NCBI GenBank assembly: GCA_965285935.1
Contig: OZ260663.1
Span: 24,056,001-24,120,000 of the forward strand
Origin: Ophelia neglecta
Taxonomy: Eukaryota
Length of the DNA: 64,000 bases
Direction of reading: 5' to 3'
The position numbers and the translations under genes were made by a program. Below are positions 28,401 through 40,853 of this stretch, piece after piece. Within the stretch, counting starts at the first letter, position 1. Each line of letters opens with the position of its first letter. The notes beneath the pieces were generated by a model. The model was not told the DNA's origin and searched no databases. It was given only the letters and a program-made list of their open reading frames with translations.

Positions 28401-31400
28401 ATCTTTGATGGACGATAAAGTTACCCTAATGACGGTTTGAGGGTACGCAAAATTGGGACTCGTATAAATGCAAGGTGACAGCAAACTGATACTTATCCGA
28501 TATCAACATTCCTGACCGATGAGAGTTGAGGTCTGCAAACCATCTGTACGCCTGACAGTCGGCCCAGATCGGCTCACGACTAAACGGTCGAGGGGCCTCA
28601 AAAATAATAGCAATGTCACGCTTATTTGGAGGTTTCTTTTTAATGAAATCATCATGCAATAAAATGTTCTCATAAATTTGAAACATAGGCATTTTAATGT
28701 ATGCATTGTGTATTTTTTACCCTACAGCCTATATATCCACCAAGCCACAAGCCGCAACAATTTGAAATTGGGGGTAGGGGTGGGGTGCGGGGGGGGGGGT
28801 TGGGTGGTTATTGCACAGGGCTAGAGTTGTGTTAACCATTCACAAGTCCCATTGGTACACGGATTTGTTTCCAAAACCATCATCCCGTCGTGAACAAAAT
28901 TGTAATTTTTGTTTTCAATTTATTTTCCTTGTTTCACGGACAATTTCTACAAAAGAGTGATCATAGGAAAAAGGTTGCATTCCCTTCAATCTAATGCTAT
29001 GAAGCAGATGGCGATAAAAGATGGCAATAATTTTCATTGTTATGGACAAACGTAAAGTCCCAAGTGGCAGTTGTATGAAACGATTATCCCGATGGTCTTG
29101 AATGCCCTTCCTCTCTTCTAGTATGACATGCTGTCTTTGTATGAAACTTGAATGAATTGCGAAATATCGATCGTTCAGGTAAACCTGATCAAAGCAACAA
29201 GAACAATGATACCTGTCTTAAATGAAACAACCAGATTAATGCCGTCTTCGTTTAACATAACACTATCGTTCGTAGAGACAAAATGATGCATGAGGTAATA
29301 AAAAACATATAAGAACATACACAACTCATGAAATTGGAAATAATATTTCCGACAAATAACTGGCAATTCTTACCATTCTTACCATTCAAGGTGTAATCAA
29401 CGTATACTTGTTGGTTAATGAGAAAGGCTCACCGTGATTTACCTTTGGTAAGGACTGAAGCCAGCTCCCACAAACCCTGGAGTTGTCTGTCAACAACCCT
29501 GTGTCTTAACATGCACATATCCGAGGTAATTTCTCGGCATCAATCTATTTTGCAACTTTGCTATTTATGCGCGTTTCCGTGACTTTAAGTATCAGCAGCT
29601 CAGAAACAAAAATCTCAAACAGGCAACACTCCAATAACAATTTTTTAAATAGTCTGCTATGGTCGCATTGGACACTGTGTAACTTTACATATTTGAGTGC
29701 GGATTGTCAAGGGTAATACAGGGATGCTATGGGTGATTCAAATTTAAGAGGATTTTAATTTGCAATCAGAGTTCGATTGCCGAATGTATAGCCTGGTGTG
29801 GGTATCAGTGGCATCTATGTATATGTTTGGGTATCAGTGGTACATGTGTATACAGATTATATAGAAAGAGTGGAGCTTATTTGAAAATGAGTATCAATCC
29901 ACAAAAAAAGACCAACGTATGGTTTAACTGGGGCCAAAGAATACCTTTGTATATTTACAATGTGCCACCAATATTTTCTGTTTCAGTATACAAACTGAAC
30001 TTCAACGTGAAATGACAGTACGAAACAGATTTTTCGGTTTTTCATAAGCAATTATGAGTAATCGCAAAAAGACTATGTCATTGTTTAAACATCTTAAAGG
30101 ACTTTCTGAGTGGCAATTGATAAACAATAGAATATATCGTTTAGGACAAGTTCAAGATGCCATTGTCTAATAACTTCCAGCCAAATGTTGCAATTACTTG
30201 ATTAGATCAAATCCTTGTCTTAGCGCATTGTGCAGGTGCTAATTCTGTTGTATGTTGCAGATTCGCATGTACAGTCACCATAACAGCGTGACCAATTCAT
30301 TTATCAAAGTTGACCATATGTTATTGCACTGCCGAGGATACCTAAACCAATATATATTTTTTTTCAGAATGCAAGAAACTTTTACATCATTCTTTGATTA
30401 TGTGCTTATCGAGACAAATTCTTCTGTATTTCCCCATGTTTGAGACAGCTTAATGCTAGTCAATTTTCATTGAGCAATTTTTTTTCTTTTCCGTAGTACG
30501 TTGATTTTTATGGTTTGTTTCACATTATGGTAAAATGTTGACGATATCTCATTCAAATTCGTAAAACAGTTCATGTTTTATTCGCATTAATATCAGACGC
30601 CAGGAAGATTCTCAATTCTGCATGAAAAAAGTGTGTAAAAAAACCATATTACTAATAGTGTTGATAATGATAAACCTACTTTTTATGAGTTCTAGTGAAA
30701 TTTTCTTTCTGCCAGCGATAAGGAGGGGCTGTATATGACTTGTTTAAACTTGAATTATTTGGCATCGGTAATTTAGTTTACATTTATGCTTACCAAACAC
30801 TCTCCGCGTGATACTTGTACACACGCTATTAGAACTAGCAAATCGAGGCGTTGTTTGAAACAATTATCTTCCATAGTAAATCACAGTAAATAAGGGGAAA
30901 CTGAAGTAATCTATGGTAAATTAAACAAAAATATATAGTCATATGTAGTGAACATTTATCATGTGACTTGCAATTATTTTCTAGGTCACTAATATCCCTT
31001 GACGAGTGTGCTATATCATTCCGATGCCTCCTTTTTCAAGAGCCTGGTGCCTAAAGCTTTCGACTGAGGTTTCTTGTCAGATTCGGAAATCCGACCTTGC
31101 CAGTGTTACTCGGTTACTCGTGTCTACGGCTCTGGCTTTGGGTGGTAACTGTTAAATTAAGTTGATAAAAATACAAATAATTGTATTTGATTTATATACA
31201 TGTTTAACAGAACTTCAATGACTACGTGTATTTACATGTGTACCATTGGAATAAATTAATAAAAAAGAATATTGGTGATATTTGAGAAAGTAGCTCGATA
31301 TGACATTGCAGAACATGGTTGGAATTTCTAGTAAGGAAGATAAAAAAAGTATAGGCTTCTACAGCTTTCTGCTGCATCCAGGAAAGGCGTGAGGTCCGAA

Positions 31401-34400
31401 AAAGTTGCAGGCTCCATCCAAAATAAATCCTCAGTTTAAATCCTATTTACATGACTAGGCACCTACCTTTCTGTGGAAGGCTTATCCATCACATACAGAT
31501 TGTCACACGACATTTGACTGCCCCTATTCAATCACATGGGGTGATGTGAAAATACGAGTTTAATAAAACTATTTTTAAGAGGACAAAGGGGCCCCCTTCA
31601 ATCAGTCAATTTGGATTAAATTCATGTCCACAACAAACGTGACCAATAACGTCTTAAATAAAGTGGTAAATGTTGTGTTTCTACTTTTTGAAGAAGAACT
31701 TGTACTAGTTATCCAATTATTATGAACGCTTAGTGGCAATGTGGTGTATAAATGGACAATAAATGCTCCAAGTACCGAATAAAACTAACTATCGTGCTCG
31801 AGTGATGAATTCAAAGTGACAGTAATCTGCAAATAATCTGAAAGGAGCATGCATGTCTCATGGCACTTGTTGTGTAGAGTCCATCAATGGCGTCAGGGTT
31901 CATGTGGATCATGTCAGGTTGAGTACGGTGTCCAGTATCCTGACAAACGTCAAGTTGCATTATAGTTCAATGAAATTAAACCGCAAAGCTTTAGACAAAC
32001 TCGTTTCATTTAATTATGTTTGAAAATGTTTTGATGATAATTCCCGTGCCAAGCAACAATTGTTTTGTCAACTTTAGTTTGATTTTGAGTTTGATATAAC
32101 TCATATAATTTCATATGAATGAGTTGATACCTTGGTATGTTTTCCTATTAATATAGTGGGAGAAGAGAATGACTAAGCACCTAGTAAGCGATTTTATGGG
32201 CTAAACATTTCAGTCAAGTTGTTTTCATCTCAAATATGTAAATACGTAAATACATACATTGTATAGTCTATTTTAACAATGTGTCAATTGTTTGACGATT
32301 ACCGTTTTATCGCATTCCTTTAAGATTTACACTGACAGCGACGACTCCAGTAGAACCTACTGGCCAAAATCAAATTTCATTGCTACACGCCAAAGATAAG
32401 GCGGGCGATGTGACGCCATGACTGGGCTGGTTATGGAAATTAATCTTTAAGTTTAATGCATCTTAGCATTCTTGAGTCCGTAATCAAAAAGCATACGACA
32501 CAAGACGTGTTTCCGGCTACGTGTTCTGATCACACCAACAGCCAAGAAACAAATGTATGTTTTGCTACATTGGGTACTGTTGAAATATATACATTATCAT
32601 CTTTGCACTTGGATTGGGATTACTGGAATATCTCGTATACATTCCGCAGATTTCAAACTTCTTTTGCTAAAAAAAAAACATTTCAAGTTTCAAGTCTTTT
32701 ACAAGGCAAATGATTCCCCGCCATTAAAGGCTACTATTACTGAACGTATTCCTTCACATATATAAATGGGTCTATAAATGTATAGTAACATGACAGACAT
32801 GATCATGAAGGAGTACATATATATGTTTATGTGAGGGATGTAAAATTGGAGCACTGTGGTGACGGGGGTCTATAAACGGACTTAAAACCTAAATTGTGTA
32901 CAAAACTCATTATTTAGTCGCTTTTAACTACTGACCAGATCATTCGTCTTTTCATCGATAAACTGAACTAGGACTACCTCGAATTTGGTCAAATAGTTAC
33001 GCAAAACATATTTTGCAATGTCTTACCTTAATTTGATATTGTGGCTTGATGCGTTTCTTCCAAAGACCACCCTAGAGGAATTCCGGTGATATAATATTAG
33101 TATCACTATTTGCTAATTGACTGCTGCGCAGTATATTTTTTACATGGACCAATAGGAATTGTCTAATAGTATACAGGGTTAGGGCAAAACGGTTCAGATT
33201 TTTTTTGCCATACAAATGTAAAAGATTTGCATTTCTGTACCCACACTTACAAAGTCAGGGCACATAACCACATTGCCTTAGAGGTTTATTTATCTAAGTT
33301 GGCTTCCATATAATTGGTACCATCAATTGCCGCAAGGCGCCGAGGGGGGCTGACAAGGCTCCCTAATGGCTGGAATTCTGGGTAAGACCTACAGGATAAT
33401 TGTACTTTATCACCCTACAAATTGATGTCAAACAGTTCAGATCAGAGGTACTAATGGAAATCAGATAAAGAGCATACCATTAGTCTTGGCAAGCAGTGCA
33501 AGTAGACTGGAGTTCGAACCTGTTGATGGACCCCCGTCCTCCACGACCAGGTCAGTTAAATGTGAGTTATCATAGAGAAGAAAATCTGAAATTTACAATT
33601 ATCTTTTGTGTTGTGCTAATAGGAGACCAGTTTCACGATTCATCTGTTTTGCCGTGAAGTGTACAATTGCAATAATTGAATAACTTACTAGTTGTTTAAT
33701 ATTATTTAGTGGAATGATAAAGATGTGACCCGATCTGGAGCCCAAGACGGTATGTTTGAATCGGCTCTGGCTGGTCCTCGTATATATAAAAAAAAAACTA
33801 TAAAGTGACTTTTCAACCTAAGTCCTAGAAAGGATGCATGCAGATGTTTCGTGGCAGGATATACAGTATTCTAAACTATGTCAAACCTTGTGTCCCAACA
33901 TGACTGCTAGATACTATTTTGTTCACCAAGGAATCACGTTTCCGCTAAACGACATTTATTCTCATGGGTGAACCTGTTGCAATTCAGCCACTGCAGAGTA
34001 CATGTCGTAAATCTTAGGAATGTGTCATCTGTACATGCTCTTCTTTTATGATTTCTGATGTCCGTCCTACGAGTCTGGTTTTGTCTGCCTCATATCGGGT
34101 CTCATGATTAGACAAACGAAACACCGTCCGATTTGCACCACACTCGCGGTGGTACAATTACATTTCTATAGTACCCGTTATTGTACATAAATCATTTGCC
34201 ATTAATCGATGATTTTACTCTACACATATGTCATGACTGTCAGTAAAAATATAATTGAATTGCGATTTTTGCAAAACGCATCGCCTAGTAAAATTCTTCT
34301 TTGAAGAAAGAAAATGTAAACAGGCTCATATCTTGACACAGCACAGACACCTATTTAATGCACTTTGCTGATGTGATAAGTACATAGGCGGGTGCCGACG

Positions 34401-37400
34401 TTCTGAATGTAAAAAACTCACCATTTCAGCCCACCAACACCGACAATCGGAAGAGGCTGTGCATGATACGGTTTATCGGGTGACAAGAAAACATTGTTAA
34501 ATATTTTTAAAATGCGTACGTTTCAAAGCATATAGTACACCTTGAGATCGCGTCGTGAATAGTCCTCTTCGGAATATGCATAAATGGCTTCATTTGTGTG
34601 CGGTTTCGCGCACTTGTCTCTCGGACATACGATTTTTATCTGATGCTTCCGGGTTTTCAAAATACATGTTATTGAAAATATTTTATGTCGCTTCATTTAA
34701 CCTAATACAAATTTCAATGTTCAAAATCAGTTTTGATTTAATCAAATTAGATGATGTACAGATGCCAAATAGAACCCCAAAACTAGTTTAAGTGTTTAAC
34801 TCCAGTTTAAACAAATGAACGTTATTTTTATGGAGAATACAATCAGGTAATAATCATCTAAACTTGAAAAAAGGAGGAAAAGATATGTTTTTTTGCCAAT
34901 ACTATAGACAACTTCCAAGTGGAACAAAGCATAAACAATTACGTGGTATTGTGTTTGTTAAGCTTTATTCCCGACTGGTATAATAATGTTGCAGTAAGAC
35001 AGTGCCGCTCATCCATGCCACCCATATGTATGTAAATAACAACTTGTTTTTTATAAGTTACACAGCATTTGTGTTTATCGGTAAAAAAGGTATTTATTGC
35101 ATGTAAACTTCACCAATTAAAGCTAGATGTATAACTTAGGTTAGTTCCTCTTTATCGAGCATATTTCCCATCTGTTTTATATTGTACATGTTATGTTAAG
35201 TAACACTTGGCAATCTTAAAATTTCGACATCGTGTGAAACACAGACATATGTTCGCCCTTTCCATCTTATTTGAATCTTCATCCGCTTCGATCATATGTG
35301 TAATAGCTATATGATGGGTACGGCACATAGGGAGAAAAAGGCCCTAGGTGTTGGAATGGATACCAGTTGTGAATGAAGAAAGAGAAAACGAAGAAGAAGA
35401 TTAAGCTATCAATATCAGGAACCAAATGCTAAGTATCAATTTCTGTTTGTTCTACTGGGCCTGAAGTGAACCGTGAAAGGAAATAAACAAGTCCTTCACA
35501 ATTGACGTTTCCGGCGCGTGCCATGTCTAACCCACTGAGCCTGACTATTTCGATACCATCGATAAATGTGTTGTGAGATACGATAACAAAAAGCTTGCAT
35601 CTCATATTGACAATATTATAAGAAACAAAATACATCGAGTGGGGCTGTGATATTCAAAACATTATTTAAATACCAGCCATCTCCATCACTTACCAAAAAG
35701 GCAATAAAGGAAGCATGATATTTAGTCCGTTTCAACTAGGAAGTTTATCGGTTTTATTTTACTTTATTTTTCATAGATTGTATCACTATCCTTATTCGGA
35801 TTCCTGCCACAGAGACTGGCATTCAAATCAACTCAAAGTTGTCACGCATGAGGTACGGAATAATGCATATCATATGATATGTAATATGTAAATGACTTGG
35901 CGTTGAAAATCGCATCACAGTCAAATCCAAGATGACATTGAAGTGCCCCTCATTCAGATACGGTTCTGTCATCGGATACGGAGCAGAGGTCTATAAGTGG
36001 GGTTTGTATTAGAATCAGGACCTAGGCCTAGTCGTTCCATTTTCAGAAATGATAGAGGAACCTGGTTTTGAGGGTCGTCTTTGAATCAGTCGAGTCTGGC
36101 GCTGGCAAGTCTGTATACAAAATTGGGGTTGCAATCTGACTCGGGGTTAAATTGAATTAGAATTTTGAACACCGAGGTCTGGACATATCTGCTGCTTACT
36201 CCTCTTACCTTCTTGTGATAGTACATGGGTACACATTCGTCTTCGAATAACATATATGAAGCACTAGTCGTGAAACACTTACTAGACTGTGAAAAGAACA
36301 AAACAACGTTTTACTTCTGCATAAAACTTAGCGGTCAAATAAATTATTTTGTTATTAAACATTTCGCCTGTTTCGACCAATACACGTACATCAGTCCACA
36401 GCTAAATGAAAATAAACATTACGCTGGTTACTTTTAATTAAACAACATCTGAAGATAGAAGAAAAGCATTCTGATTAACTGTGATTGTAATAAAGCAGAG
36501 TTGTTAAGTAGATAAATCAATAAAAAACAAAACGACAGACGCTTAATGTCCATTTCGGAGGTCGTCAGTGATGTCCACATTAAATCCCCACTCGAGTTCA
36601 TCTGATGGTAAACTGCTGACTGATGCTCGAAGGATCTGTAAGATATCGCGAGGAGATTGGCTTGAGATCCGACCTCGTCTGGAGAATGTATTGCTCGGGA
36701 TCAATTACAGTGGCACATGTGCTGATGTACAAACCGCTGTCGACAGAAATCGACTGTGACCTTGTTGAGAAATGGAGTTCAGACAGGGAATGACTAACTG
36801 GGTTATGGGTCTCTCTACCTTATAACTGTCCCGTGTGGTGGTCGCTCATCCCAGCACTGACTACCGTTATCATGGTTCGTATACCATCTACAACCTGTAT
36901 AGAATCTCGTACGCAAAACGTTATGTTGGTATCATACTAAACAGAAATACTGGGAATGCTTCATTTGTCATGGTAAAAACAGGCTCGGGATTTGGAGTTA
37001 TAAATCTAGTTTTGTAAATAAATTATTAAACCATTCCAATAACTGTGTTATAGAACAAGGCGACCACGCTTAGCAAACCATATTTACAAACATTGAGTCT
37101 ATAATGGAATAATATGAATCCAACCTAATTACGCTGAGATGCTGAGAACTGTTGAGAGGATCCATTGAAAACGATAGCGGCATATTGTTTCCCGCAAGCT
37201 TAGTCTCAAAGGTTCATGCCTGATAGAACGCCAACTTAAATCCAACATAGACGTTTTCTTATTGTGAATGTTTTCCAGCAATAGGCGCATACGCCATATA
37301 TGCTCTCTAACGTGTCTCTGATAAAGACGACAGTAAAAAGTCACATTTCTCTATTATATTTTACGAATTTTGGCATACGCCTGCACTGAGGTTTTTCCAT

Positions 37401-37424
37401 TATGGTACTCTGATCGCAGTAATA

Positions 37425-37615
37425 CCCCGTGGGGACATCTGAGAAACTTAATGAAGGATTCTACAGACGCCGCAGGAATTTCTTATCAGCAATAATAATA
37501 TTCTAACTGAAATGCCTCATTAGGTCGCTATTTAAACAGATGCCCCTGGTAGTGCCTCCGGTAATATCTCTACCTCTGATGTCTGCCGATAGACAAAATC
37601 AGGGTGGTAGCTAGG
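37425..37615 (+). promoter_or_regulatory. Module A, copy 2
   Basis: Core GGAATTTCTTATCAGCAATAATAATATTCTAACTGAAATGCCTCATTA...AAACAGATGCCCC. Confidence 0.7.
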
Positions 37616-38266
37616 TTATTTGGCAGCTCCGATAATATCCTTGCAATTAAAATATGAAAGAACAGAAAAGCTAATCATATGTCTGGGATAGCTTTTGAGG
37701 AATATTAAAATGGGTCAATGTTACTGATCACTCTAGTTTCTTGTAATCACTCCGCAGTCAAATCCACACGTTCTATATGACAGCATAGCGCCGCACGTGA
37801 CATGCGTTCTGAAATACCGAACACGCCTGGCTGTTAAATACATACAAGAAAACAAAGGAGGTTTCAGGCGGTGAGCTCGTCGTAAATCACAGAGAGATTG
37901 GTCTAATCCTCGCCCTGGTGTAACGCGCCTGCTGAGGTCAGAGATCAACGTGTGTGGGGTCGAAAGTGTACAGCTCATGCAGCTGTCGAGCCTCGGCCCT
38001 CTAGACTCGAGGGCTGAAGGCTTTTGTCTCGCACTTTTATCAAATACATAGACATATAAAACAAAACCACCCCACCAGTAGTTGCGACTCGTTTTTTCTC
38101 TATAAACCGCTTACTGTAATGAAACAAAAACAGTTTTCTCTTCTCACAAAGCATCCGTCATTTACTTGCGAAAGTCTGCGGATTATTCCAAAGAAAATTA
38201 TAAGACTCATATTTAGATAATATATATATATACATGTAGATAATTCAGTCGATCTCTCTTCCGCGT

Positions 38267-38395
38267 GCCCTGCGGAAATGTCCAGAGGAATCTAATGAGA
38301 ATTTCAAAGACGCCGCTTGAATTTCTTATCGGCAATAATAATACAGTTAACGAAATGCCTCATTAGGTTTCTATCTAAACAGATGCCCCCGGATA
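38267..38395 (+). promoter_or_regulatory. Module A, copy 3
   Basis: GAATTTCTTATCGGCAATAATAATA...GAAATGCCTCATTAGG...TAAACAGATGCCCC. Confidence 0.65.
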
Positions 38396-39019
38396 TTTAT
38401 CACAGTATATGACCCGTCGAAGACACGACCCACTTTGATCCACGTCATAACTACCCGGCCTGGTACTATGTACATGGCCTTTACATATAATTGAGTCTTC
38501 AATGTGAATGTTTACAAAGAAAAGTCCTGAAGTGAAGGTTAAACTTCTGTTTTCCAGGGTCATCATTGGGTATTGGTGGTCGAGGTAGACACAAATTGCC
38601 GAAGTTTAGAGAACCAATTCAGCTCCTGATGCTGTAGGTTAGAATAAATGTGTTGAAAACATCTTGCTTGGCGTTAGCGAACAACTTAAAATGTCTTACA
38701 TCTTCCCAATAAATGCTTAATTGTGCGTGCCTTTCTTCAACTTCTCCTGTTAAGTAAACAAAGGCTTAGAAATATCAGTTAATATAAGCGGGCCTACTTC
38801 GTTATTTATCACGCACTTCAGAGCTTTCCACTGTAGGTGGAGCCACTTATCGGCGGCGCTGGTCACAAATAAGTTTGCACAATTTAAGACTCATCTGCGG
38901 AACTAGGAACTTGGGTGAGAGGTCGGTTTTCACTGTTGTGATGTATGATAGGCGGGCTCTCCGGGAGGCTGGGTTAGGAACTAAGAGGAGCTGGAACCAT
39001 CGACAACCTGGTTCTGGCT

Positions 39020-39690
39020 TTAGGAGGAGCTAGAGCCACCACCTTCAAGGAGAGACAGAGGCTGGCGTTAGCTCTGAGAGGAGGTAGAGCCAGCTACCAC
39101 CTTCAAGGACAGAGGCTGACTCTGAGAAGAGCTAGAGCCAGCCATCACCTACAAGGACAGAGGCTGACTCTGAGAGGAGCTAGAGACAGCCATCACCTAC
39201 AAGAACAGAGGCTGACTCTGAGAGGAGCTAGAGCCAGCCATCACCTACAAGAACAGAGGCTGACTCTGAGAGGAGGTAGAGCCAGCCATCACCTACAAGG
39301 ACAGAGGCTGACTTTGAGAGGAGCTAGAGCCAGCCATCACCTACAAGGACAGAGGCTGACTCTGAGAGGAGCTAGAGCCAGCCATCACCTACAAGGACAG
39401 AAGCTGACTCTGAGAGGAGCTAGAGCCAGCCATCACCTACAAGGACAGAGGCTGACTTTGAGAGGAGCTAGAGCCAGCCATCACCTACAAAAACAGTGGC
39501 TGACTCTGAGAGGAGCTAGAGCCAGCCATCACCTACAAGAACAGAGGCTGACACTGAGAGGAGCTAGGGCCAGCCATAACCTACAAGAACAGAGGCTGAC
39601 TCTGAGAGGAGCTAGAGCCAGCCATCACCTACAAGGACAGAGGCTGGCTCTGAGAGGAGCTAGAGCCAGCCATAACCTACAAGGACTGAA
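39020..39690. repeat. 48-bp minisatellite, about 14 copies
   Basis: Unit CTGAGAGGAGCTAGAGCCAGCCATCACCTACAAGGACAGAGGCTGACT; it explains ORF 39314-39796. Confidence 0.95.
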
Positions 39691-40853
39691 TGTGATTCCA
39701 GCTTTGACAGGAGCTGCAACAAGCTACTACCTTAAAAAGCTTTCTGGACCAAATGGTAAAAAGAAAGAAAGAAAGCAAGTAAGACGACAGACTTAAGTGA
39801 AAAATGCGTCTGGGTTTTTTCTCTCTAATATAAGATAGATAAAAACAGGATGTGTAGAATCCTGTTTATATATTATACCAATGCTGATATTCATGATCTA
39901 GCTAACTGGGAATGATAATATGTCGAGTTATACTATAATAAAAGTATAAGCTGATGAGGGGCACTACTTACTTTTCTTTAACGGTCATATGAAGATATAT
40001 TTATGGCCTTTTTGTTAATTAAACCTTAGATAAATTTGTTTTTCTGGTTAAACTTAATCGCGTTTAGAATAATTAAATACCAGTTTATTTATTGTTGCCA
40101 GATAATATAATAATGATGCTTCTCACAATCTATGGCGGCAAACAGCAATTAGTCCCCAACAGGTGGTCGTTTACGGGTTTAATCGGCCAATAATACTCAT
40201 TAATTACCCACTGGATATCTACTCAGGGAACTTAATGATACATTTTGTGTAAACTCTGAGACGATGACATGCCAGATACCCGTGCATGACCTGGGAAACT
40301 GTCGGCCAGCCTGCCTCGCCCAGTATTATTTGGGAATCGGAAATAAATCTGAACATTGATGACATTTTGAGCTTTGTTTTAATTTCAACGATACATTCAA
40401 TCAATAAAAGTAACATATTTACGATCACTTACATGGCGTGTTTTCGTACACTTTCTAGCATGAAGATAAAATAGTCTCAGCCGAAATTTTCTTACTGGCA
40501 TTGACATGTAAAACCAACTCATCCGGTTTATAATTAATAATCCATGTATGATTGTTCCTCTATTCACGCACCTGTTGTACAACAAACAAATATTGTGTTC
40601 GGGGCCTACAGGCCCAGTTGCCAGATACTCGCAGCTAAGACGCGGCGTAATCGCGGGTATAATTTCTGCGGGGAGGCAATGATCTACCTCGGCCGCGCGT
40701 TCCTCGCGACTCAGGCAATAGTTGTCCATGAAAGTACTCACCGCAACCACAACAGGCGCGCATCGGCCAGGATACATGAATAACCGATGATCAAAAATAA
40801 AACCTTGTAGTTAATGTAATATAAATGTAATTATCCTAGCATGTCCTAGGCAT

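Noticed and set aside
5150-31800. Additional FoxF coding remnants in units 1-4
   Set aside because: I looked by eye for forkhead and exon-2 signatures and found none; a sensitive TBLASTN is needed to exclude them.
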